Shown: in pieces, positions 1 through 9,167 of the stretch
Numbering within the stretch: position 1 is the first letter of the stretch
Layout: each line of letters opens with the position of its first letter
Assembly: GCA_963776275.1 (NCBI GenBank)
Contig: CAVZMI010000003.1
Span: 1-64,000, forward strand
Length of the DNA stretch: 64,000 nucleotides
Source of the DNA: Ignavibacteriota bacterium
GTDB taxonomy: Bacteria; Bacteroidota; Ignavibacteria; UBA10030; CAVZMI01
Direction: 5' to 3'
Notes under the pieces: model-generated
The model's database searches: none
Told to the model about the DNA's origin: nothing
Seen by the model: only the letters and a program-made list of their open reading frames with translations
Position numbers and translations under genes: made by a program

Positions 1-816
1 ATTTTCCCCAAACTTGGGTGGAGCGACTCGAGAATAGCCCAACCGCGTGAGTGATCGATGGGGAGTGTAAACTCCCCTCCATGAATCCATATCCGATTTT
101 AACGCAGCATGTTTCGGCAAAGTTGATAAGTGCCGAGAGGTTTTGATCGGTTGTGGCCATCCTTGGATCATGGTGATATTTCATGGTTTCAACATATGCT
201 GGCGGAAGATCCCATCGCTCCGCAAGCCATCCGCCAATCATTGCGTGTGTTGCCCCCAGCAATTTATTCTCAGCATCGATATCATTCATGGATGTTTGTG
301 TGATGGATTGCTGGATTTGATTACACTGATTTGGTTGGAACTGAATAAGGTACAGCTTGCCGAGATCGTGTAAAAGTCCCGCAATGAATTCTCTGTTTTC
401 GGTTTGAATTCCGAATTTCATAGCCAGCATACGGGAAACGTGTGCGCACACGCAACCGAATCGGACCAATATTGATGCATCCACTCTTGCTGTTCCGATT
501 TGAACCTGAATAATTTACTGTATACCGTGAAATGAAAAAGAATTGTTCGTATCTCGTACAATCCCAAATGTGAAATTACTTCATGGATGGAAACGATTGT
601 CTCTGGCGACTTCTCGCGTATTGATCGGATAGCTCTCAGGATTTTTGTCGTAAGTGCAGGGTCGGTCTCGATAATCGCGGCGATATATTCGATCGGGACA
701 TCTTTCGATTGAAGAATAGACAGCAGTTCTGCAGTCACACCGGGTAGTGTTGCGAGTTCGGGTACTTCATCGACCCGTTTTTTCAGATCGCTGAATTTCA
801 CACAGCACCTCGTCAC
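1..816 (-). CDS. HDOD-domain signal transduction protein (frameshifted near 420-440; 3' end runs off the window)
   Basis: ORF 418..816 gives the HDOD N-half (LATLPGV...IIETDPALTTKILR). The adjacent frame continues with EFIAGLLHDLGKL...THAMIGGWLAERWDLP...KYHHDP. Confidence 0.85.
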
Positions 817-1466
817 TATTTTAAAATCTGACCGGTTTCTTCCGACCAGAATAACAAATCGAGTTCATCAATCGGAATAGCAACTTCAAGTGCAAATTGT
901 TGAAATTTTTCCTCGAGTGCAAGATATTGTTTTCGAGTCAGCGTCTGTGGAACCGAGCGGATAACCCTGAGATTGACCAGGTTCCTTAGAATATGCCGGT
1001 CGAGGATGGCCAGACCTTCATTTTTCCCGATATTTCGAAGAAAATGGGTTGATTCCTTATAGCCAAAACCCCTGACATGCCGGACAAGCCATTCGCGGAT
1101 ATCGTACGCTGATTTTCCCGATGCCAGGATTGTCAATATCTCGGGGAATTGCGCCTTCATGAGGAGTAGTAAACGCGATTTTGTACGGTGAAACCGGATG
1201 TAGGTCTCTTTCTGCCGGAGGTAAGTTTCAGGATCGAGTTCCACCTCGTGGAATCTGTGCTTTTTTAATTGGTGCTGGACCTGTGCTGCATGGACCGCGC
1301 TCGACTGCGGTGTCAACAGACAGTATACAAATTCGTAAAAATATTGTTCCGGCCGGATCCGTTGAAATTCCACAAGCCGCAAACGAATCTCGGTGCGCTG
1401 TCTCTTGTACTTCGCACGCAGTGCTTTCCAAAGAACTTGCCTATCAAGTTTTCCGTTCGCAAGCAT
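816..1466 (-). CDS. ogg: N-glycosylase/DNA lyase, OGG2 (archaeal/Thermotoga-type) 8-oxoguanine DNA glycosylase
   Basis: Motifs CLLTPQSSA, HhH GFGYKESTHFLRNIG, LAILDRHILR and ELDLLFW, with C-terminal Lys (GQILK). Start placed at ATG 1466. Confidence 0.88.
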   Translation of the reverse strand: MLANGKLDRQVLWKALRAKYKRQRTEIRLRLVEFQRIRPEQYFYEFVYCLLTPQSSAVHAAQVQHQLKKHRFHEVELDPETYLRQKETYIRFHRTKSRLLLLMKAQFPEILTILASGKSAYDIREWLVRHVRGFGYKESTHFLRNIGKNEGLAILDRHILRNLVNLRVIRSVPQTLTRKQYLALEEKFQQFALEVAIPIDELDLLFWSEETGQILK

Positions 1467-1611
1467 TGACTCTCGTACTTTTATGCTCACTTTATAAGAA
1501 CCATTTTTTTGTTTTAAAAAATTTCCGACCTGAGTGTTGAAAATACATTTCACAAAAGAGTATAGAAATAGTGCGCCCTATAACCGATGAATGTACCGGC
1601 GGAGTCAGTGT

Positions 1612-2004
1612 TCACAAGAATGGATTCTTACTGATTTTTCGGATTACTTCGAGGTTTCCTTCGAGCACATCATATAGTTGCAGATCGGCGATATCAACCC
1701 ACCGGATTCTGGAAAAAGCTCTGTTCTCGGGTACTCCTTCGAATGTGCATACCGAGTAGTACCTCACATCATATGAACCGGAATCGGCATAGACTATGTG
1801 TTGACGATGTAATTCTTTTCCAATTGTAGCTGTGATTGCTAATTCTTCCAGCAACTCTCTCCTCAAACATACTTCCGGTGTTTCACCACTTTCGATCTTT
1901 CCCCCCGGGAATTCCCATTTGAGTGGATACTTCGCACTTTTTTTTCGCTGACAGAGCAAAACCGATCCATCTCTCCATACCACACCGACCGCGATCTTAA
2001 TCAT
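1612..2004 (-). CDS. mutT: NUDIX hydrolase, MutT-like 8-oxo-dGTP diphosphatase
   Basis: WEFPGGKIESGETPEVCLRRELLEEL Nudix box. The real start is likely MIKIAVGVV at 2004. Confidence 0.85.
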   Translation of the reverse strand: MIKIAVGVVWRDGSVLLCQRKKSAKYPLKWEFPGGKIESGETPEVCLRRELLEELAITATIGKELHRQHIVYADSGSYDVRYYSVCTFEGVPENRAFSRIRWVDIADLQLYDVLEGNLEVIRKISKNPFL

Positions 2005-2084
2005 GTTCCTAGGATATTCATGAAAGGTAAATGACCGGACTAATATATCGAAAAAAAGTGGAAACTCAATCGGAATAGAAAGGA

Positions 2085-2135
2085 AAAAAAGGGAAATAAA
2101 AACCCGCAATCCCGACAAGTCGGGACTGCGGGGTT
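2085..2135 (-). terminator. Rho-independent terminator-like hairpin with a TCCCGACAAGTCGGGA palindromic core
   Basis: Stem AACCCGCAATCCCGAC/GTCGGGACTGCGGGGTT, followed on the minus strand by T-rich runs. Confidence 0.7.
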
Positions 2136-2463
2136 CTTTAGTTCTTCGCGCATCCACGAGCGAAGATCTATCGTGCCGAGAATATGGAGATGGGGGGTAA
2201 CCACATCCCCGTGCACAATACAACCTCTTAATTTCATGCACGTAATATGCCAAAAGAGAGAAAAGAATATAGCCGATACAATTCCATAATGAATTCGGAT
2301 GTTTTTCAATGTTATATATTTTTATGAATTTTGACATAGGTTTGAAATCGGTAAAATAGACTGCCCAGCGGAAATTGTTTCCGTAGTAACAGCAGAAGTG
2401 CCAGATTAGGTTTTTTCATGGAAATTTCTTATAGTAATACCTATATATTGATTTTACCAGAGA

Positions 2464-3321
2464 ATGAAAATTACCGATATATTTTTATCACAGGAAAAAA
2501 CCTTCTCTTTTGAGTTTTACCCTCCGAAAGACGAACTTTCAGCGGTAGATTTCGGGATTAACATCGGGAGGTTAATGAAACTTTCCCCTTCGTTTGTCAC
2601 TGTCACATATGGAGCGGGAGGGTCTACTCAGGAGCGTACGTTTGCCCTTGTAGAATACCTGCAGAAAGCGGTTGGACTGACCACCATCGCGCATTATACC
2701 TGTGTTAACGCAACGAGAGAAAGGGTAAAGAACGATCTTCATAATCTTCATCAGATAGGGATAAAGAACCTCATGCTGTTGAGAGGAGATCCCCCAAAAG
2801 ACCAGGGGAAATTTATTCGCTTACCCGACGGTTTCCAACATGCAAACGAGTTAATCGAATTTGTCCGTAAACACTTTGATTTTTGTATAGGAGCCGCAGC
2901 ATATGTCGATAAACACCCAGAAGCAATCAATCTTGAAACCGACATAAAGAATCTGAAAATCAAAGTGGATGCGGGGGCTGATTTTCTCATTACCCAGCTT
3001 TTCTTCATTAATGAACATTATTTTCAATTCGTTAAACTTGCGCAAGAATCAGGGATAAACTGCCGCATCATTCCCGGTATTATTCCCATTACCACCTATC
3101 GACAGATCGAGCGTTTTACAAAAATGTCTGCAGCAAAGATACCTGCGGAACTTGTTGTCAAACTCGAAGAATATAAAAACGATCCTGAAAAGATCCATAC
3201 TATCGGGGTGGAGTATACCATCAATCAATGCCGCGAATTGTTGAAGTGGGGTGCCCCCGGGCTCCATTTCTTTACCCTCAATAAGTCAAGGGCGGCCGTG
3301 GAAATTTTTGAGTCTTTATAA
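2464..3321 (+). CDS. metF: 5,10-methylenetetrahydrofolate reductase
   Basis: FSFEFYPPK, VTVTYGAGGST, LRGDPP, GADFLITQLFF, PGIIP and GLHFFTLN motifs. Confidence 0.95.
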   Translation: MKITDIFLSQEKTFSFEFYPPKDELSAVDFGINIGRLMKLSPSFVTVTYGAGGSTQERTFALVEYLQKAVGLTTIAHYTCVNATRERVKNDLHNLHQIGIKNLMLLRGDPPKDQGKFIRLPDGFQHANELIEFVRKHFDFCIGAAAYVDKHPEAINLETDIKNLKIKVDAGADFLITQLFFINEHYFQFVKLAQESGINCRIIPGIIPITTYRQIERFTKMSAAKIPAELVVKLEEYKNDPEKIHTIGVEYTINQCRELLKWGAPGLHFFTLNKSRAAVEIFESL

Positions 3322-3702
3322 ATGAAAACATCTTTTACACCCAAGGAAAATACCGAATCAGGTCTGGCGCTGATAGCCATACTGTTGATAGCGAGTCTTT
3401 TCATGCATTCTTCACTTCTCGTTGAGATATCAATTGGGTTCATTGTACTCGTCATGGTCGCCCCTGTAGTATTCTATCCTTTTTCACTGATATGGTTGAA
3501 CGTATCTCACATTCTTGGGCGAATCAGCTCATTCGTTATTCTGACCTTGATATTTCTAGTTATTGTTACTCCTACGGCATTGTTCCGGAAAATAATCGGA
3601 AAAGATAGGTTGCTGCTAACTCAGTTTAAAAAAACATCAGCATCTGTTTTTCATGAGAGGAATCGGCGTTTTGTAAAAGAAGACATACTGCATCCATTCT
3701 AA
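3322..3702 (+). CDS. SxtJ-family membrane protein
   Basis: Hydrophobic 126 aa protein with W...LG..S..ILTLIFLVIVTP...GKDRL and a C-terminal PF. It sits next to a carbamoyltransferase. Confidence 0.75.
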   Translation: MKTSFTPKENTESGLALIAILLIASLFMHSSLLVEISIGFIVLVMVAPVVFYPFSLIWLNVSHILGRISSFVILTLIFLVIVTPTALFRKIIGKDRLLLTQFKKTSASVFHERNRRFVKEDILHPF

Positions 3703-3707
3703 TTTGA

Positions 3708-3869
3708 ATGAAACATACTATGGAATTTTTAAGGGAACTCTGGCAATTTTTAAAAGTGCGAAAAAAGTTTTGGTTACTGCCGTTGATTATCATCCTGCTC
3801 GTTTTTGCCTTGCTCATAGTATTGACGGCAGGGACGGCCATTGCACCATTCATTTATACGTTATTCTGA
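3708..3869 (+). CDS. DUF5989 / SxtK-like small membrane protein (missing from the ORF track)
   Basis: Manual translation gives MKHTMEFLRELWQFLKVRKKFWLLPLIIILLVFALLIVLTAGTAIAPFIYTLF*, with the RKK-W-LP and APFIYTLF signature. Confidence 0.88.
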   Translation: MKHTMEFLRELWQFLKVRKKFWLLPLIIILLVFALLIVLTAGTAIAPFIYTLF

Positions 3870-3870
3870 A

Positions 3871-5727
3871 ATGCGCGAAGCAGTATTAGGAATATCGGCA
3901 TTTTATCATGACAGTGCGGCTGCTATCGTCGTAGACAATACGATAGTCGCCGCAGCCCAGGAAGAACGTTTCAGCCGGAAAAAACACGATTCGGGTTTCC
4001 CGCGTCATGCATTGAAGTACGTGCTGGATGAAGCCGCCGTCGGAATATCCGACCTGAAATGTGTGGTGTTTTATGATAAACCCTTCATCAAGTTCGAGCG
4101 TTTGCTGGAGACGTATCATGCTTTTGCACCGGATGGTTTGAAAAGCTTTTCTAACGCTATTCCTGTATGGCTCAAAGAGAAGCTTTTTATGAAAAGATAC
4201 CTTCGCAAGGAATTGAAAGAAGTCGGAATCACAGGCAATATCCCTCTATTGTTCCCTGAGCATCACCTTTCGCATGCAGCCAGCGCTTTTTTCCCGTCTC
4301 CCTATGAGGAAGCAGCCATTCTTACCGTCGACGGCGTTGGAGAGTGGGCGACCACAACCATCGGTTTCGGCAAAGGCACCGATATTATCATTTATAAGGA
4401 ACTTCATTTTCCGCATTCACTTGGCTTGCTGTATTCCGCTTTTACATATTACTGTGGATTTAAAGTGAATAGCGGCGAGTACAAGCTCATGGGACTCGCT
4501 CCGTATGGACTGGAAGGATCTGAGAGAGTTGAAAAGTACAAAAAGCTGATTAAAGAACATATCATCGATATTCGGCCGGATGGATCGATGCTTCTCAATA
4601 TGAAATATTTTAACTATGCAACCGGTCTGACTATGTGTAACGAACCTCGATGGGAAAAACTTTTCGGAATTCCGAGACGGAAAGAAGAGACCGAGCTTTC
4701 TCAACCGTATATGGATATGGCTCTGGCAATCCAGGAAATCACCAATGAAATGATTCTTAGACTTGCAGAAACGGTTAAGAAACTAAGCGGTAGTAACAAC
4801 CTTGTGATGGCCGGCGGTGTGGCATTGAATTGTGTCGCCAATAGTAAAATACTCGAGAATAAAATATTCGATAATCTATGGATCCAGCCTGCAGCAGGAG
4901 ATGCAGGGGGAGCTGTTGGCGGTGCACTCATCGGGTGGCACCTCTATCTTGATAAGCCACGAATTCCCATTCCAACCGATTCAATGAAGGGGGCGTATCT
5001 TGGTCCTTCGTTCCAGAATAATAAAATACAAAAATTGCTGTCAAAATATGGTATGAAATATTCATATTTTCAGAATTTTGATGAGCTCTCCCAGAAAATT
5101 GCACCCCTTATAGATCAGGGAAAGGTCATCGGCTGGTTTCAGGGGCGGATGGAATTCGGTCCGAGAGCACTGGGAAATCGCAGCATCATTGGTGACGCGC
5201 GCAATCCGGATATGCAGAAGAAGATGAATTTAAAAATAAAGTACCGCGAGAGTTTCAGGCCTTTTGCCCCGTCGATACTCGAAGAGAATGTGGGCGAGTA
5301 CTGTGATAATCCTGTCCCGTCGCCATATATGCTGCTTGTTCTGCCGATTGCTGAAAAAAGACGCATTCCCATGCCGGATATTGATTCCAATCCGGATATC
5401 TTCAAGCGGTTGTATCATCTTCGATCCGATATTCCGGCTATCACACACATCGATTACTCGGCACGCGTCCAAACGGTGAATAAAGAGACGAATTCGAGGT
5501 TCTGGCAGCTTATCCAGGATTTTAAAAGGCTTACAGGTTACGGCATCATCATTAACACAAGTTTTAACAGACGTGGTGAACCGATTGTGTGTACTCCCGA
5601 AGATGCATTAAAATGTTTTATGAATTCAGAAATTGATTACCTGGTCATGAACGATTTTATGGTGGATAAAAGCGAGGTACAGCATTTGAAAAGCCAATTC
5701 ACCGAAACGAAATTTACTCTTGATTGA
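3871..5727 (+). CDS. O-carbamoyltransferase (NodU/CmcH/SxtI family)
   Basis: GISAFYHDSAA, EERFSRKKHD, HHLSHAASAF, DGVGE, EYKLMGLAPYG, GGVALNCVAN, EFGPRALGNRS and NTSFN motifs. ATG at 3871. Confidence 0.93.
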   Translation: MREAVLGISAFYHDSAAAIVVDNTIVAAAQEERFSRKKHDSGFPRHALKYVLDEAAVGISDLKCVVFYDKPFIKFERLLETYHAFAPDGLKSFSNAIPVWLKEKLFMKRYLRKELKEVGITGNIPLLFPEHHLSHAASAFFPSPYEEAAILTVDGVGEWATTTIGFGKGTDIIIYKELHFPHSLGLLYSAFTYYCGFKVNSGEYKLMGLAPYGLEGSERVEKYKKLIKEHIIDIRPDGSMLLNMKYFNYATGLTMCNEPRWEKLFGIPRRKEETELSQPYMDMALAIQEITNEMILRLAETVKKLSGSNNLVMAGGVALNCVANSKILENKIFDNLWIQPAAGDAGGAVGGALIGWHLYLDKPRIPIPTDSMKGAYLGPSFQNNKIQKLLSKYGMKYSYFQNFDELSQKIAPLIDQGKVIGWFQGRMEFGPRALGNRSIIGDARNPDMQKKMNLKIKYRESFRPFAPSILEENVGEYCDNPVPSPYMLLVLPIAEKRRIPMPDIDSNPDIFKRLYHLRSDIPAITHIDYSARVQTVNKETNSRFWQLIQDFKRLTGYGIIINTSFNRRGEPIVCTPEDALKCFMNSEIDYLVMNDFMVDKSEVQHLKSQFTETKFTLD

Positions 5728-5777
5728 TCTGCATTAAGAACCTTGCACTGAGACATCCTGCTGTTAAAGGTCTTCTC

Positions 5778-7337
5778 TTAAATCACCCGCTCATATTCGG
5801 AAATATCAAGCTTCCATACTTTAATACCGCAGTAGCGATTTCCCTCCGGACAGGGCGGTTGTATTCCTGCGAGATCGCGGATTGAACAGGGAGGAAGTAG
5901 GTATTTTCCGATCCGTGGATTGACTTCGCATATCTGCTCGGCTTCATCAAGCGAAGCCTTCCAGATTTCTTCCTGTGCATTGTAGCAGAGACGCATCTTG
6001 AGTTTGTGATGCAGATTTAGAAGATCGGCTGATTCGGTGAACCGGATGCTGACTGCATTGGGGAGAAGGTAGAGTGCAAACTCGTCGCTCACGCCGTGGG
6101 AATTTTTCAATGTATTGATAGCCGACCAGACCCGGTCCATTGCCTCAGTGTAAAATTTTAACGCTTTGTCATCACGCTTGAGAATTTCGGGTATGATATA
6201 GTCCGGTTCACCGGAAAAATGAGTGTGTAGACACGGACGTGATGCAGGCGTCATCCGGTGACGCTGATCCTGTGAATCGGCGGTATGGCTTATTTTTCGC
6301 CGGAATGTATAGAATGGATGAACCATCGCCCGGCCGAGCTTCGATTGCGTTGTCAGGGTCAGCGTCTCGCCGAGAAGGCGGTTCTTTGCAGGGTGAAGCA
6401 CCAGTTCGATCGCATCGTTATCGTTCATTTCAGATTGAGGGATTCCGAGGACTTCGCGGACCGACTGTGCCAGGATGGCTTCGTTATAATGCTTGTAATC
6501 CACTAATTTTGACACACGGCCGGTCAAGCTCCGGTCAAATTCATCACAGAAAATCTTTCGTGATGAAAGAATATCCGTAGGATGATAATGATCGGTAAAA
6601 AATTCGTATTCTGGCGTTGCTTCAAGTGCTATCGGTTCTTGAAGGATATTTTTATACAGCGGTTCGACACGAAGAAGCTCATCGATCATCTTCTGTACTA
6701 TAATCCGTTGTTCAAGGGGTGCATCGTACTGTTCGCACAGCCTGTAGTATCTGAGCAGCGTGATACCGCTGATCGTGTGGTACATGCAGGCAAATGCCGC
6801 GACAGGAAGAATATAACGGGCAATCTCCTGACATTTCTTTTTTATGTTGTTCTGATACTCTTCTTCAAAATTCTGACGGGCGGGAAACCGCTTGAAATAT
6901 TCTTCAGTTGTTATGGGTAAAAGCAGGCGTATTAATGTATGATATGCTTCTACCTGAAAATTGACAGTCGATGTATAGATAGCGAGTGCCTCTCCAACGA
7001 GTGGCGGGATAGCAATGTTGCCGGGTTTTACTTCAACATAGCGCTGACTCACCTGTTCAGAATTATAAAAGGGATGACTGTGAAGAAACGACCAAACGCT
7101 CTGGCGTGAGATATTGCCTAGCTGAAATTGAAAATGTGCATGTTGAAAATTCGTGTGATGTCCCGCTTCATACATCGACTGTGCCAGCGGCAGCCATTTT
7201 TCTATCGGTTCGAGTTGTTCGTCGGTGATGATTCCTCTTGATGAATAACATGTCCGCCCTGCGCTGATAATGCTTTTAAAGGCATTCGGGAAAGCTTTGT
7301 ATAGAGTAACTTGTGGCTCGGGTGAAAGAAATTTCAT
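5778..7337 (-). CDS. thyX: FAD-dependent thymidylate synthase, duplicated ThyX-domain form
   Basis: N-half has HHTNFQH...SEQVSQRYV...ARYILP. C-half has QDQRHR...LYLLPNA...MRLCYNAQEEI. Confidence 0.82.
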   Translation of the reverse strand: MKFLSPEPQVTLYKAFPNAFKSIISAGRTCYSSRGIITDEQLEPIEKWLPLAQSMYEAGHHTNFQHAHFQFQLGNISRQSVWSFLHSHPFYNSEQVSQRYVEVKPGNIAIPPLVGEALAIYTSTVNFQVEAYHTLIRLLLPITTEEYFKRFPARQNFEEEYQNNIKKKCQEIARYILPVAAFACMYHTISGITLLRYYRLCEQYDAPLEQRIIVQKMIDELLRVEPLYKNILQEPIALEATPEYEFFTDHYHPTDILSSRKIFCDEFDRSLTGRVSKLVDYKHYNEAILAQSVREVLGIPQSEMNDNDAIELVLHPAKNRLLGETLTLTTQSKLGRAMVHPFYTFRRKISHTADSQDQRHRMTPASRPCLHTHFSGEPDYIIPEILKRDDKALKFYTEAMDRVWSAINTLKNSHGVSDEFALYLLPNAVSIRFTESADLLNLHHKLKMRLCYNAQEEIWKASLDEAEQICEVNPRIGKYLLPPCSIRDLAGIQPPCPEGNRYCGIKVWKLDISEYERVI

Positions 7338-7445
7338 AGGTGCGAAGGATTATTAATCATTTAATATAGAAAAGTTTTAATAACATGGCAATGGAATTAA
7401 CAGAAATATTGCGTGGAGAGTTCTTAAGAACAAGGTTGAGGTAGA

Positions 7446-7509
7446 CCCTTCGACTCGTCCCGATATCTCTCGACAAGCTCGGGACGAGTAATCGGGACTC
7501 GCTCAGGGC
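7446..7509. repeat. Nested REP-like palindromic element
   Basis: Outer motif CCCTTCGACTCG...CTCAGGG. Inner inverted repeats ACTCGTCCCGA/TCGGGACGAGT and GTCCCGAT/ATCGGGAC. GACTCG direct repeat at 7452-7457 and 7496-7501. Confidence 0.75.
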
Positions 7510-7535
7510 AAGGGTAAAGGTTAAGGTTGAGGAAT

Positions 7536-7570
7536 AAAAAAACGATCCCTGGATGGGGATCGCTTTTTAT
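7536..7570 (-). terminator. Intrinsic terminator of gpmA (potentially bidirectional)
   Basis: AAAAAAA-CGATCCC-tggatg-GGGATCG-CTTTTT. Confidence 0.8.
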
Positions 7571-7585
7571 AAAAATTTAATCGCT

Positions 7586-8332
7586 CTATTTTTTTTCTGC
7601 CTGTTTTGCTACGGCATTGATTGCGGCTGCTATGGCTTCTTGATCGCCAAGGTAGTAATGCTTGATTGGCTTCAGGTTCTCATACAGTTCATAGACCAGC
7701 GGAACGCCGGTAGGAATATTGAGTCCGACTATTTCCTCATCTGAGACGTTGTCAAGATATTTTACGAGCGCACGGAGACTATTTCCGTGAGCGGAGATAA
7801 TCACACGCTTTCCGGATTTGATCGTCGGTGTGATGGTTTCATGCCAGTAGGGGAGAAACCGTTCTACTGTGAGTTTAAGACTTTCGGTAAGTGGAATGTC
7901 TTTTTTAGGGAGATTCTTGTATCGTGGATCGTGTCCCGGATAGCGTTCATCGCTCTCTTCTAGAGCAGGCGGAGGGATATCGTAACTGCGGCGCCAGAGA
8001 GTCACCTGTTCATTACCATATTTTGCGGCTGTTTCGGCCTTGTTGAGTCCCTGCAGCGCGCCATAGTGTCTCTCATTCAGACGCCATGATTTTACCACCG
8101 GTATCCACTCCTGGTCCATTTCTTCAAGCGTGATATTGAGCGTTCGGATGGCCCTTTTGAGAACCGAGGTGTAGGCTATGTCGAAAACGTACCCTTCTTT
8201 TTTCAGGATCTGTCCACCCGAATGTGCCTCCTCGAAACCTTTTTCCGAGAGATCAACATCAGTCCAACCTGTAAAGAGATTCAGCTTGTTCCATATACTT
8301 TCACCATGACGGAGTAAGACGACTTTCAACAT
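7586..8332 (-). CDS. gpmA: 2,3-bisphosphoglycerate-dependent phosphoglycerate mutase
   Basis: [28 protein letters not shown] and AHGNSLR motifs. Confidence 0.97.
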   Translation of the reverse strand: MLKVVLLRHGESIWNKLNLFTGWTDVDLSEKGFEEAHSGGQILKKEGYVFDIAYTSVLKRAIRTLNITLEEMDQEWIPVVKSWRLNERHYGALQGLNKAETAAKYGNEQVTLWRRSYDIPPPALEESDERYPGHDPRYKNLPKKDIPLTESLKLTVERFLPYWHETITPTIKSGKRVIISAHGNSLRALVKYLDNVSDEEIVGLNIPTGVPLVYELYENLKPIKHYYLGDQEAIAAAINAVAKQAEKK

Positions 8333-8355
8333 ATTCGATATCACCTTTCAGATTC

Positions 8356-9132
8356 TCATTTATTCTTTATTTTTTCAAGCAGCTCCGCGGCTTCTTTCCT
8401 GCTATCGTCGTCAAGTTGATACGATTTTGGCAGGGTACTGATTGCATTCAGGTTAGCACGTGCTTTCTCGTAATCATCCTCTTCAATGTACGCCTTTGCC
8501 GCATCGAGACGATACATGATATAATTTGGGCGGAGCGAAATCGCAATTTCAAAATTCTTGATTGCCTCGTCGATATTTCCCCATCCGAGGCCGAACGGCC
8601 AGCGAAAGAGTATCGTTTTCTCGCTCACTTTTGCATGTGTTCGCCCGAAAATATAGTACGCCAGAGAATTATTCTTGTCGAGTTCGATGGCTTTCTCACA
8701 GTCGTGTTTGACCTGTTTGACCAGATCGATCGATTCCCATACCCCCTTAAATAGTGCGATTCGGCCGTTGGCTATAGCTCTTCGCGTATATCCCATTGAT
8801 CCCGTGGAATCTGCAGCAATAGCTTTGTTTGCATAGTCGAGAGATTTCTCATACAATTCGAGTTGTTGCGTCTTCTGTTCATCGGAAATAGCGTTTATCG
8901 CTGCCCCCATATCGCTATAGGTGCGGCTCAGGCGCCACACAATGTCGTAGTTACCGGGATATTTATCGGCAGCTGCACTCAACACATCGAGAGCTGGTTT
9001 GTTTTGAAAGGCAACATCGGCAAGGCTATCGCTCTGTGCTGTGATCTCGGCGACGGTCTGTGCTGTGACAGCGGTAATAAAGAACGCGCATGAAAATGCA
9101 AGTACGAGAATCACATACTTTAAGATACGCAT
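8356..9132 (-). CDS. Exported TPR protein (RMDN-like helical repeat)
   Basis: Signal peptide followed by TPR-like helices (WRLSR..Y, A..AI..DP/KNN, AI.NFEIAISLRPN). Confidence 0.7.
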   Translation of the reverse strand: MRILKYVILVLAFSCAFFITAVTAQTVAEITAQSDSLADVAFQNKPALDVLSAAADKYPGNYDIVWRLSRTYSDMGAAINAISDEQKTQQLELYEKSLDYANKAIAADSTGSMGYTRRAIANGRIALFKGVWESIDLVKQVKHDCEKAIELDKNNSLAYYIFGRTHAKVSEKTILFRWPFGLGWGNIDEAIKNFEIAISLRPNYIMYRLDAAKAYIEEDDYEKARANLNAISTLPKSYQLDDDSRKEAAELLEKIKNK

Positions 9133-9167
9133 CGTATCCTCTGTATAATGGTGAATAAAATTGTGAG

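Noticed and set aside
61-79. Hairpin GGGAGT-GTAA-ACTCCC
   Set aside because: It is short, single-copy and lies inside the HDOD reading frame.
2005-2337. 110-aa N-terminal extension of the MutT ORF, and ORF 2040..2309
   Set aside because: Both run through hairpins and a terminator with non-protein-like composition. The Nudix domain starts at 2004.
2337-2463. Possible SAM/SAH/ZTP riboswitch upstream of metF (hairpin CGGAAA-TTG-TTTCCG; CGCTGGGCA on the minus strand)
   Set aside because: It lacks the core consensus of these riboswitches, and the ZTP-like fragment is on the wrong strand.
3322-5727. Saxitoxin biosynthesis cluster
   Set aside because: Only sxtI/J/K-like genes are present; the core sxtA, sxtG and sxtB genes are not in the window.
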